Positions 1 to 8,196 of a stretch of 64,000 bases of DNA are shown here, piece by piece (the first letter of the stretch is position 1; each line of letters begins with the position of its first letter). A model generated the notes under the pieces. The model was not told the origin of the DNA and made no database searches. It saw only the letters and a program-made list of their open reading frames with translations. Made by a program: the position numbers and the translations under genes. Source of the stretch: Escherichia phage LAMP. The stretch lies in the sequence record MG673519.1, one strand, 5' to 3'.

Positions 1-1
1 T

Positions 2-1135
2 AACTATGGTCGATACAAAGCACTCGTTGGTGCATACGATCGTCGCTCTCTGCTTGATAATCGTCCCGGTGGAGTGGTTGAAATGGAACGTCAGGACGCT
101 ATTGACCTGTTCCCATACCATAACCTACCTCAAGGTATTGATGGCCTATTAGGTATGTCTGAGGAGCTTAAAGAGACACGTACTGGTGTAACTAAACTTG
201 GCATGGGTATCAACCCTGACGTGTTTAAGAATGATAACGCTTATGCAACTGTAGGCTTGATGATGAATGCTGCACAGAACCGCCTCCGTATGGTATGTCG
301 TAATATTGCTCACAACGGCATGGTTGAATTGATGCGTGGTATTTACAACCTTGTCAGAGAAAACGGTGAAGTTCCTATTGAGGTACAAACCCCTCGCGGT
401 ATGGTTCAGGTAAATCCGAAACAATTACCAGCTCGTCACAATCTTCAAGTTGTGGTAGCTATCTCTCCTAATGAGAAAGCAGAACGTGCACAGAAATTAA
501 TTAGCTTGAAACAGCTGATTGCAGCAGATGCACAGTTAGCACCTCTCTTTGGTTTGGAGCAAGACCGTTACATGACTGCACAGATCTTTGAGTTGATGGG
601 TATTAAGGACACTCATAAGTACTTACTGCCTCTGGAACAGTATCAGCCTCCTGAGCCGTCTCCGATGGAAATCCTCCAGCTCGAGATGACTAAAGCACAG
701 GTTGAGAATGTACAGGCTTCCTCTCAGAAAATGATTGCTGATGCATTCGACCAACGTGAACGTACTACATTTGAACAGCAGAGAGCTGCGGATGAGTTAA
801 GTCTGCGTCAGGAAGAGTTGCAGTTCAAGCAAGAAAATGCAGCAGATGCTATGACTCTGGAAAACCGTAAAGAAGATAACAATGCAACTCTGGAACAAGC
901 TAAGCACAAGTTAGCTCTTATGCAACAGCAGGTCCGTCAGTATGAGTCTGTACTGAAAGAATTGCAGATGGTTATGGAGCATCAGGTAGACCAAGAGAAG
1001 ATTGTTCAGCAATTTCGTGTTCAGGATAAAACTTTGGAACTCCAAAAGAAAGAAGCTAATGTAACTAAGAAAGAGCAACAAGCCTCTCTCAAAGATTCAC
1101 GGATTCCAGGCAAACGTCTTGGAAGTAAAAAGTAA
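2..1135 (+). CDS. portal protein, C-terminal part (5' end lies outside window; frame open from nt 2)
   Basis: Frame open from window start; sits immediately upstream of scaffold and capsid genes; coiled-coil-rich C-terminus. Confidence 0.5.
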   Translation, partial: NYGRYKALVGAYDRRSLLDNRPGGVVEMERQDAIDLFPYHNLPQGIDGLLGMSEELKETRTGVTKLGMGINPDVFKNDNAYATVGLMMNAAQNRLRMVCRNIAHNGMVELMRGIYNLVRENGEVPIEVQTPRGMVQVNPKQLPARHNLQVVVAISPNEKAERAQKLISLKQLIAADAQLAPLFGLEQDRYMTAQIFELMGIKDTHKYLLPLEQYQPPEPSPMEILQLEMTKAQVENVQASSQKMIADAFDQRERTTFEQQRAADELSLRQEELQFKQENAADAMTLENRKEDNNATLEQAKHKLALMQQQVRQYESVLKELQMVMEHQVDQEKIVQQFRVQDKTLELQKKEANVTKKEQQASLKDSRIPGKRLGSKK

Positions 1136-1144
1136 GGACGTCGA

Positions 1145-1381
1145 ATGAACATTAGGCATCAATTCAATAAAGAGCACGCCGCCGCTTTGGCGGCTCTCAA
1201 CCTTAACGGCAGTCTTGACGCAGCATTAGAGGCATTGAAAGAGAGACTCATGACAGAAATAGTTCAAACTGAACCTCATGAGAATAAGAAACGCGAAGAT
1301 TGTTATCAAAAGTATAAAATGGTGGGTAGCTTAAAAGAGGTCATAAAAGCTGCTATCAATAGTGCAGGAGATGTTTCATAA
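1145..1381 (+). CDS. hypothetical protein
   Basis: 78-aa ORF between portal and scaffold; stop overlaps next start. Confidence 0.4.
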   Translation: MNIRHQFNKEHAAALAALNLNGSLDAALEALKERLMTEIVQTEPHENKKREDCYQKYKMVGSLKEVIKAAINSAGDVS

Positions 1382-2466
1382 TGCCACAAGATAATTATAT
1401 TGACCCGAACGATTTTAAATCTTTCCTCCAACTGGATGACCTGAAGGGTTCTTTCAAAGAAGAACTTGGTCGATTAGAATCTGAACAAGAACCAGAAGTG
1501 GACATTGACGATGAGTTCCCGGAAAAAGACGGTGACGATTTCGACTTTGATACCGACCTTCTCGGTGAAAGCAATGAGCTTAAGTTCGAAGATGAAGATG
1601 GTTGGGAAGATCGTGATGAGGAAGGCGAAGTCGAAGAAGATGGGGACAACTCTGACGAAGGTGATGAAAACGCTGAAGTAGAAGAGGAAGACTCAAGCGA
1701 TGCAGGATATGAAGATGATTCTGCTGACGGTGAAGGTGAAGTCTTTGATGTAGACTATGAAACCGTTATCACCCTTCCTGATGGACGTGAGATGACTATT
1801 GAAGAACTCTCCAATGGCTATCTTACTGGTGCTGATATGGCTGAACGTGAGACTACTCTTCAGCGTCACATGGAAGCATTTGAGGAACGTGTAGTAGGTT
1901 TGAAGGATGTATTAGAATTAGCGTCTTTAGAAGCAGACCGAGTAATTGAAGATTACAACGGTTTTGATTGGGACAAGCTTGCAGTAGAAGATCCTCAAGC
2001 ATATGTTGAAAACAAACGTTTCCTAGAGAAGTATACAGCTCGTCGTAACCAGCTTGAACAGGCTCAGATCCGTATTAAGCAGGAAGCAGCAGCTAAAGAG
2101 CAGGAAGCTTTCCAAGCCAAGAGCATTGAATGTGTTAATATTCTGAAACGTGAGATTCCAAATTGGGATGAAAACTTATATCAAAACTTAATGCAATACG
2201 CAATTGACTTAGGTGCTACTGAAGAAGAAGTATTGAAGGAAAACCGTCCGTCTATTTTCCTAGCCCTTCACAAAGCATACCAATTTGATAAAGGTAAGCA
2301 GCAGGTGATGGCTAAGATTAAACGTCCCGGTGCTCCACGCAAGGTTGTGAAGTCTGATGCTGCAAAGTCTCGCACTTCCAATAAGCCAGACAACGCTAAG
2401 GTTGCCAAGGCATTCGCAGAGGGTCGCGTTAGTCACGAAGACGCATTCAAATTCCTCGTAGATTAA
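1381..2466 (+). CDS. putative scaffolding protein with highly acidic N-terminal region
   Basis: Position directly upstream of capsid gene; long D/E-rich tract followed by helical region. Confidence 0.5.
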   Translation: MPQDNYIDPNDFKSFLQLDDLKGSFKEELGRLESEQEPEVDIDDEFPEKDGDDFDFDTDLLGESNELKFEDEDGWEDRDEEGEVEEDGDNSDEGDENAEVEEEDSSDAGYEDDSADGEGEVFDVDYETVITLPDGREMTIEELSNGYLTGADMAERETTLQRHMEAFEERVVGLKDVLELASLEADRVIEDYNGFDWDKLAVEDPQAYVENKRFLEKYTARRNQLEQAQIRIKQEAAAKEQEAFQAKSIECVNILKREIPNWDENLYQNLMQYAIDLGATEEEVLKENRPSIFLALHKAYQFDKGKQQVMAKIKRPGAPRKVVKSDAAKSRTSNKPDNAKVAKAFAEGRVSHEDAFKFLVD

Positions 2467-2507
2467 TCGACAAATTAATTATTTAATAGTATAGGAGCTA
2501 ACATAAC

Positions 2508-3569
2508 ATGGCTAATCCAACTTTATTTGTATCGTATGACCAGAATGGTAAAAAACTTTCTTTTGCTAACTGGATTTCTGTTCTGTCCCCTCAGGATACC
2601 CCGTTCGTATCTATGACCGGTAAAGAGTCTATCAACCAGACTATCTTTAGCTGGCAGACCGATGCATTGGCAAGCGTTGACGCTAATAACGCACACGTTG
2701 AAGGTTCTCGTGCGGTTGATGGTGAAATGCAACCTACCGTAATTAAATCCAACGTTACTCAGATTCTGCGTAAGGTTGTTAAAGTTTCTGATACCGCTAA
2801 CACCACCGCTAACTACGGTCGTGGTCGTGAACTGATGTATCAGCTGGAGAAGAAAGGTAAAGAGATCAAGCGTGACCTCGAGAAAATCCTTCTGTCCGGT
2901 CAAGCTCGTACCGATGTTCTGGCTGACCAATACCTGACTAACTCCGCAACTGATCCTGCAGCTGTTGGTCTGAACGACACCCACGCAGCTCGTAAGACTG
3001 GTGCTTTCCAGTTCCTGTGTGCACACAACGGTGTTTCTGCTGGTGTTGTTAAGAAAGAAAATGGCCCTGCTGATCCGGATACTGGTGCAGTAACTGTTAA
3101 AGTTGCACAGAATGCTTCTAACCCGACCACTAACGTTGGTTTTGATGAAGCTGATATCTTTGATATGACTCTGCAACTGTACACTGCTGGTTCTGAAGCA
3201 GATATCATCATGATCAACCCTGCTCATGCTAAGATCTTCGCTGGTCTGCAAGAAAACACTCAGGGTTCACGTAAGCGTATCTTTGAGAACACCAAGCAGT
3301 TCATCTACGAAGTTAACAGCATCACTGACCCGCTGGGCCAGAACTACAAAATCATCGTTAACCGTTGGATGCCTACCGATGCAGTTTACTTCTTCCGTAG
3401 CGCTGACTGGACTCAGATGGTCCTGCGTGCTCCGAAACGTACTGAACTGGCAAAAGATGGTTCTTATGAGAAGTGGATGATTGAAATGGAAGTTGGTCTG
3501 CGTCACCGCAACCCTTATGCTTCCGGAGTTCTGTTCACTGCTGCGGGAAAGTTGGATCCGCAACAGTAG
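2508..3569 (+). CDS. major capsid protein
   Basis: 353-aa ORF with strong RBS (aggag) after scaffold gene, followed by a strong terminator; position and composition typical of an HK97-fold capsid. Confidence 0.8.
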   Translation: MANPTLFVSYDQNGKKLSFANWISVLSPQDTPFVSMTGKESINQTIFSWQTDALASVDANNAHVEGSRAVDGEMQPTVIKSNVTQILRKVVKVSDTANTTANYGRGRELMYQLEKKGKEIKRDLEKILLSGQARTDVLADQYLTNSATDPAAVGLNDTHAARKTGAFQFLCAHNGVSAGVVKKENGPADPDTGAVTVKVAQNASNPTTNVGFDEADIFDMTLQLYTAGSEADIIMINPAHAKIFAGLQENTQGSRKRIFENTKQFIYEVNSITDPLGQNYKIIVNRWMPTDAVYFFRSADWTQMVLRAPKRTELAKDGSYEKWMIEMEVGLRHRNPYASGVLFTAAGKLDPQQ

Positions 3570-4087
3570 ACAGTGTGACTGTTAGCCCTGCGTCTGTAGA
3601 AAGTCTAGAGACAGGGGCTACTCAGCAGTTTACTGCAAGCGCTGAGAAGAGTGACGGTTCTACCGAAACAACTGGCTTTACTTGGTCAGTAACAGGAGGC
3701 GGTTCTATCACTCAGTCTGGTTTGTATACTGCTCCGAGTGCGGCTCAATCCACTGATGTATCCATTACTGCGACTTTAGAGGGTGTTTCTGGTACAGCAA
3801 CCATTTCTGAAATTGTTGATCCTACCCCTACTATTGTAGCTAAGGGTCCAATTACAGGTAAAACTGGTGGTTCTTCCACTAACTTCACTACCATGTTTAC
3901 TGTAACTAATTCTACTGCTGCGGATTACACGTTTGTTGTAACCCCTGCAGAAGCTGGTACAGTAAGCGCTGCTGGTGCGTTAACCTTAGATGATGCTGCA
4001 AGTGGCGAAGTTACTGTTCAAGCAAGTTTGACAGCTGACCCGTCCATCAATGCAACATGCACTTTTACTGGTGTAACACCTGCTTAA
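2508..4087 (+). CDS. C-terminally extended capsid protein made by programmed -1 frameshift, carrying an Ig-like (BIG2-type) domain
   Basis: -1 frame is open from 3485 to 4087 with no RBS or ATG; slippery heptamer G_GGA_AAG at 3545-3551 in the capsid frame; extension begins TVSPASVESLETGATQQFTASAEKSDGS. Confidence 0.6.
3545..3551 (+). other. candidate -1 ribosomal frameshift slippery site (G GGA AAG)
   Basis: X_XXY_YYZ heptamer 19 nt upstream of the capsid stop codon, with the -1 frame open on both sides. Confidence 0.55.
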
Positions 4088-4094
4088 AACTAGA

Positions 4095-4118
4095 CCCTGC
4101 CTTCGGGCGGGGTTTTTT
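4095..4118 (+). terminator. rho-independent terminator after capsid gene
   Basis: Hairpin ccctgcc-ttcg-ggcgggg followed by TTTTTT. Confidence 0.75.
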
Positions 4119-4146
4119 CGTTTTAAGACCTATACAAGCCAGTGTG

Positions 4147-4155
4147 TAATGTATA
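4147..4155 (+). promoter_or_regulatory. TAATGTATA motif, candidate phage-specific promoter element
   Basis: Exact 9-mer 34 nt upstream of the 4189 start; same 9-mer recurs upstream of other genes on both strands. Confidence 0.45.
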
Positions 4156-4188
4156 TTCTTTGTCTACATATAACAAGGAGGACAACCT

Positions 4189-4941
4189 ATGGCAATGCCA
4201 GATGTTCAATACCCCATCAATACCTATGGGTGGCTAAAGAAGGCCGTGGCCCTCTGGGCAGATAGGGACGATGACGAATTTGTTAATCAAATTCCAAACT
4301 TTATTAACTTTGCAGAGAAAGAGATTTATCGTAACTTACGCATCCCTCCTCTGGAAAAAGAAGTGTATTTAGATATTAAAGATGGAGTAGCTTACATTCC
4401 TCCTGATTACTTAGAAGCTCAATGGATGATGAGAGCCAAAGATGGTACAATCTTCCAAGTAACATCTCCTGAAGAGATTAGCTATCGTAGACAGCATGGA
4501 ACAATTAATCCATCTCATTGGAATAACCAACCTGTTAACTTTGCTCGTTTCGGCAGTCGTTTCATTTTCTACCCTAGCATCGAAGCAGACACTCCGTACT
4601 ATCCTGATGATGGAAGTCCTTTGATTCCAGCAGAAAACTCAGTGATTCTTAGTTATTATGCAGACCCACCGGAGTTTCATGAAGATACAGACACTAGTGC
4701 TATTCTTACTATCGCACCAGAGCTTCTTCTGTATTTCACCCTACGTCATGCTTGTCTGTTTGTTCAAGATGATAACGGTGTTCAGAAATGGTCAGCATTA
4801 GGAAAAGCTATCCTTGATGAAATGGTAGAACAGAATAAGAAACAAGAGTACTCAGGTTCACCTATCGCAATTCCGAATAACATGACTCGACTTCAGAGCA
4901 GCTTGCCTGATATTTATGGTATTCGTACTTCTCGTGTATAA
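4189..4941 (+). CDS. virion structural protein (putative adaptor or tail protein)
   Basis: 250-aa ORF with strong RBS, between capsid and tail fiber genes. Confidence 0.4.
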   Translation: MAMPDVQYPINTYGWLKKAVALWADRDDDEFVNQIPNFINFAEKEIYRNLRIPPLEKEVYLDIKDGVAYIPPDYLEAQWMMRAKDGTIFQVTSPEEISYRRQHGTINPSHWNNQPVNFARFGSRFIFYPSIEADTPYYPDDGSPLIPAENSVILSYYADPPEFHEDTDTSAILTIAPELLLYFTLRHACLFVQDDNGVQKWSALGKAILDEMVEQNKKQEYSGSPIAIPNNMTRLQSSLPDIYGIRTSRV

Positions 4942-4950
4942 GGAGATAAT

Positions 4951-7900
4951 ATGATCGTTTATAATAACCAAGCACCTGATGCAGTGAATAACGTTGGGCA
5001 GTTTGGTGCTACTGAAGGCTCTATTGGAGCTTATAAGCAAGCAGCAGAGTATGCAGCTGACTCTAAATATTGGGCACTGTTAGCAGAATCTAAGTTTGGT
5101 ACAATTGATGACTTGATCGCTGAAGTAGAGCGTTTGTATCAGCAAGGTGTTCTGATGAAGCAGGATATCGAAGATCTTAAGCAGGACTTTAGAGATCAAG
5201 ATGCTCGTCTGATGAGTTTGATTGCTCAAACTAACGCAGCAGTCTCTGATGCTAACAATGCTGTTGCTTTAATCAATCAGAAACTTATTGAGGTTCAGAA
5301 TCAGCTTGACGTTCTGTTAGGAATGTCCGTTGATGTAACCACACTCCCTCCGGGAACTCCGGCTACTGGCTCTTTTAATCCTAACACTGGTGCAATATCT
5401 CTGGGTATCCCAGAAGGTGATCCCGGAAAGGATGGTTCTGTTAAGGATTTGGATACAGCACCAACTGGTGTTCCTGTTCTTGGTGATGTAGGCTTCTATG
5501 TTGATAAAGATGATAACACCGTTCACAAAACATCTTTAGAGAATATTGCAAACCTTATCCCATCCGTTCGTTCTATCTCTGTAAACGGCGGTCCTTCTGA
5601 GAGTGGTGAAGTTGCTCTAACTCTTGACAAAAGCACTGTTGGGCTAAGTAATGTAGAGAACGTGGCTTCTTATAGTAAAGAAGTTGTTGATAACAAAGTT
5701 GATGGTTTTATTAAAACATACAGCTCTAAAGCTGAAGCGGATGCGGATGCCGTTAATCGTGAGGCTGGAGAAACTGTTCTTGTTTGGGAAGACACTCAGT
5801 ATGTATTCTATAAAGTAGCTGCTGATAAGATTTTAGATTTGGATAAAACTGAACCTCGTGTCATCACTGTTAACTCCCGCATTCCAGATTCCAGCGGTAA
5901 CATCGACATTACCATCCCTACAGGAAACCCCTCTCTGTATCTTGGTGAATTGCTCATGTTCCCATATGACCCATCTCGTCCTATCTCTTATCCGGGGATT
6001 TTACCTGCTGACGGTCGTTTGGTCTCTAAAGACTTAGCTAGTGATTTGGGTGCTTCTTTGGTAAGCGGTCAACTTCCTGTTGTATCAGAGACAGAGTGGC
6101 AGGCAGGTGCTAAGCAATATTATTCTTGGGGTAAATTAGCTGATGGCTTGACCGATGCAGATTCTACCAACTATATTAACATACGTCTTCCTGATTGGAC
6201 TGGTGGTGAAGCTATTAGATCTCCTAGCTTAACTGGAGATACTTCTTATGACGGTAAACCAATAGATCAGAAACCTTATATTGTTACTATTAACGGAATC
6301 TCCCCTAATGATATCACAGGAAACGTCAACATAACAGCTGCAAACATAGGAGCTTTGGCTAAGTCTGGTGGTATCATGGATGGAAACTTGGTCCTTAACA
6401 AAGCCGTAGCTTTACGCAGAATAAAGGACAATGACACTCAAGTTAACATGGTATCAAGGAGTGATTCTGATGATTCTGTGCTTGGTGACCATTTAGCTAA
6501 AACTGTTATTGCCTCCTCAGAGACTCCTATCTTCTCTAAACCGGATGGGGATTATAAATTTTATACAGAGGATAATAAACCTACGAACGTTGATGTTGGT
6601 GCTGCTGGTATTGATGTTAATGGGGTTAACTCCGACATTAAAACTTTTACACAGAAAGTAACATTCCAGCAACCGGTTACAGTAGCAGATGCAGTTGGGG
6701 ATTATGATGCAGTTACCTTACGTCAGCTGAGAAACCAAGGCGGTGGCGGTGGTGGTCCTACGATGAACGGTATCTCCAACTTTAACATTGGTGATTTCCG
6801 TCTTGTTGATAGCCGTGCCTTTATTCAAGCAAATGATGTAGTGTCTGACGGTCAGTTACTGAATCGGGCAGATTGGCCTGAACTTTGGGCTTATGCTCAG
6901 ATGTTGTCTCCGATAACTGATTCCGAGTGGCTGGCGACACCTTCCAAACGTGGTCGGTATTCACTAGGTGATGGGGCTACGACTTTCCGTGTGCCAGACA
7001 GGAACGGCGTTCAGGCAGGCTCTATTAACGAATTATTTGGACGCGGTGATGGTGGGGTATCCTCTGCTGCGGGTGATGTATTCGAAAACGGCGCGCCGAA
7101 TATCACAGGGTCGTTCAGAGGATATACATACGTCAACAACAATCCAAATGGCGCATTTACGTTTGCAGCCACCAGCACAAACGTTGTTAACACGACAAGT
7201 GGAACAGACACAAACACACAATATGGAGTATTCAATTTCGGCGCTGACAAATCAAATGCCGCTTACGGACGCTCGTCAAAGGTGCGGCCAGATTGCTTTG
7301 TCGGTGTTTGGGTGATTCGTGCATCTGGCGGCTTCGTGGCGGCGAATACGCAATGGTCTGTTATTAATAGCGATGACATAAGACCGTCGGACGGTACAAC
7401 CGTTACAGGTGGCAACTTGATATCCGATTATAGGGTTGGCACAGAGTCAGAAGGCTCAGCTGAATTCAAAATGCAAGGCACTGTTGGTGGTTCATACTCT
7501 GCAAGAATTGGAGTTTATAACAAAACTTCTTCAAACGGTACAACTTTTGATTTCACTGAAGCTGGGAATATAGAGACTCCTAGGGGTCGTGTTTTGGTGA
7601 AGGGTGATTATGGTGTTGGTGTTCAGGGTGGTACAGTGCTACCTGCTTCTAACTATAACCAGTTCATAACAGACTCAGATGGTAATTCGCCGTGGGCAGC
7701 TGCAAATGGGGGAGGTTTCCAAACTTCTTATGCCGTAAACAGAATCTGCCAGTTTTGGATAAGCTTGAATGGTTCGGCTTATGTTAGAACTAACACCATA
7801 AACAACAATCCAAAAGAACTCAAAACCAACCTTCCGTGGACAACTCTTCAGAATGCTGGAACCTCTGACGCGAATGTTAAAGATATTGGTGATGATTTGG

Positions 7901-8157
7901 ATTTAAATGTCGCTCTAAGTAATATTAAAGCTCTTGAGTTTAAGAATTTTACATACAAGAGTGATAAGAATAAATCTCCACGTCGAGGAGTTATTGCACA
8001 ACAGGCAGAACAGGTTGACCCTCAGTATGTTCACAGTGCAGAAAAAAGTGGAGTTATGACTCTCGACACTAACCCACTTTTATTAGATGCTCTTGCTGCT
8101 ATCAAGCTTTTGTCTGCAAAAGTGGAGGAGTTAGAAAAACAACTGGCTGCTAAGTAA
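4951..8157 (+). CDS. tail fiber protein 1 with tail-collar-like module and C-terminal intramolecular chaperone (peptidase S74-like) domain
   Basis: 1068 aa; TTFRVPDRNGVQAGS collar-like motif; poly-Gly linker; C-terminal segment typical of the self-cleaving fiber chaperone. Confidence 0.75.
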   Translation: MIVYNNQAPDAVNNVGQFGATEGSIGAYKQAAEYAADSKYWALLAESKFGTIDDLIAEVERLYQQGVLMKQDIEDLKQDFRDQDARLMSLIAQTNAAVSDANNAVALINQKLIEVQNQLDVLLGMSVDVTTLPPGTPATGSFNPNTGAISLGIPEGDPGKDGSVKDLDTAPTGVPVLGDVGFYVDKDDNTVHKTSLENIANLIPSVRSISVNGGPSESGEVALTLDKSTVGLSNVENVASYSKEVVDNKVDGFIKTYSSKAEADADAVNREAGETVLVWEDTQYVFYKVAADKILDLDKTEPRVITVNSRIPDSSGNIDITIPTGNPSLYLGELLMFPYDPSRPISYPGILPADGRLVSKDLASDLGASLVSGQLPVVSETEWQAGAKQYYSWGKLADGLTDADSTNYINIRLPDWTGGEAIRSPSLTGDTSYDGKPIDQKPYIVTINGISPNDITGNVNITAANIGALAKSGGIMDGNLVLNKAVALRRIKDNDTQVNMVSRSDSDDSVLGDHLAKTVIASSETPIFSKPDGDYKFYTEDNKPTNVDVGAAGIDVNGVNSDIKTFTQKVTFQQPVTVADAVGDYDAVTLRQLRNQGGGGGGPTMNGISNFNIGDFRLVDSRAFIQANDVVSDGQLLNRADWPELWAYAQMLSPITDSEWLATPSKRGRYSLGDGATTFRVPDRNGVQAGSINELFGRGDGGVSSAAGDVFENGAPNITGSFRGYTYVNNNPNGAFTFAATSTNVVNTTSGTDTNTQYGVFNFGADKSNAAYGRSSKVRPDCFVGVWVIRASGGFVAANTQWSVINSDDIRPSDGTTVTGGNLISDYRVGTESEGSAEFKMQGTVGGSYSARIGVYNKTSSNGTTFDFTEAGNIETPRGRVLVKGDYGVGVQGGTVLPASNYNQFITDSDGNSPWAAANGGGFQTSYAVNRICQFWISLNGSAYVRTNTINNNPKELKTNLPWTTLQNAGTSDANVKDIGDDLDLNVALSNIKALEFKNFTYKSDKNKSPRRGVIAQQAEQVDPQYVHSAEKSGVMTLDTNPLLLDALAAIKLLSAKVEELEKQLAAK

Positions 8158-8165
8158 TTAACAAC

Positions 8166-8184
8166 GCTCCCTTCGGGGAGCTTT
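8166..8184 (+). terminator. weak terminator or attenuator hairpin between fiber genes
   Basis: gctccc-ttcg-gggagc hairpin followed by only TTT. Confidence 0.35.
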
Positions 8185-8196
8185 AAGGAGAATTTA

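Noticed and set aside
1381-1800. Extremely acidic N-terminal tract of the scaffold protein as a DNA-mimic anti-restriction protein
   Set aside because: Gene position between portal and capsid and coupling to the capsid gene fit a scaffolding role; acidity alone is not evidence of DNA mimicry.
2523-3563. Minus-strand ORFs (2523-3251, 2900-3217, 3267-3563) and plus-strand ORF 3226-3480 overlapping the major capsid gene
   Set aside because: They lie antisense to or out of frame within a strongly supported capsid gene and have no RBS; treated as chance ORFs.
3575-4087. Independent gene with GTG start for the Ig-like ORF
   Set aside because: No RBS, the frame is open well upstream into the capsid gene, and a slippery heptamer is present; the frameshift-extension model fits better.
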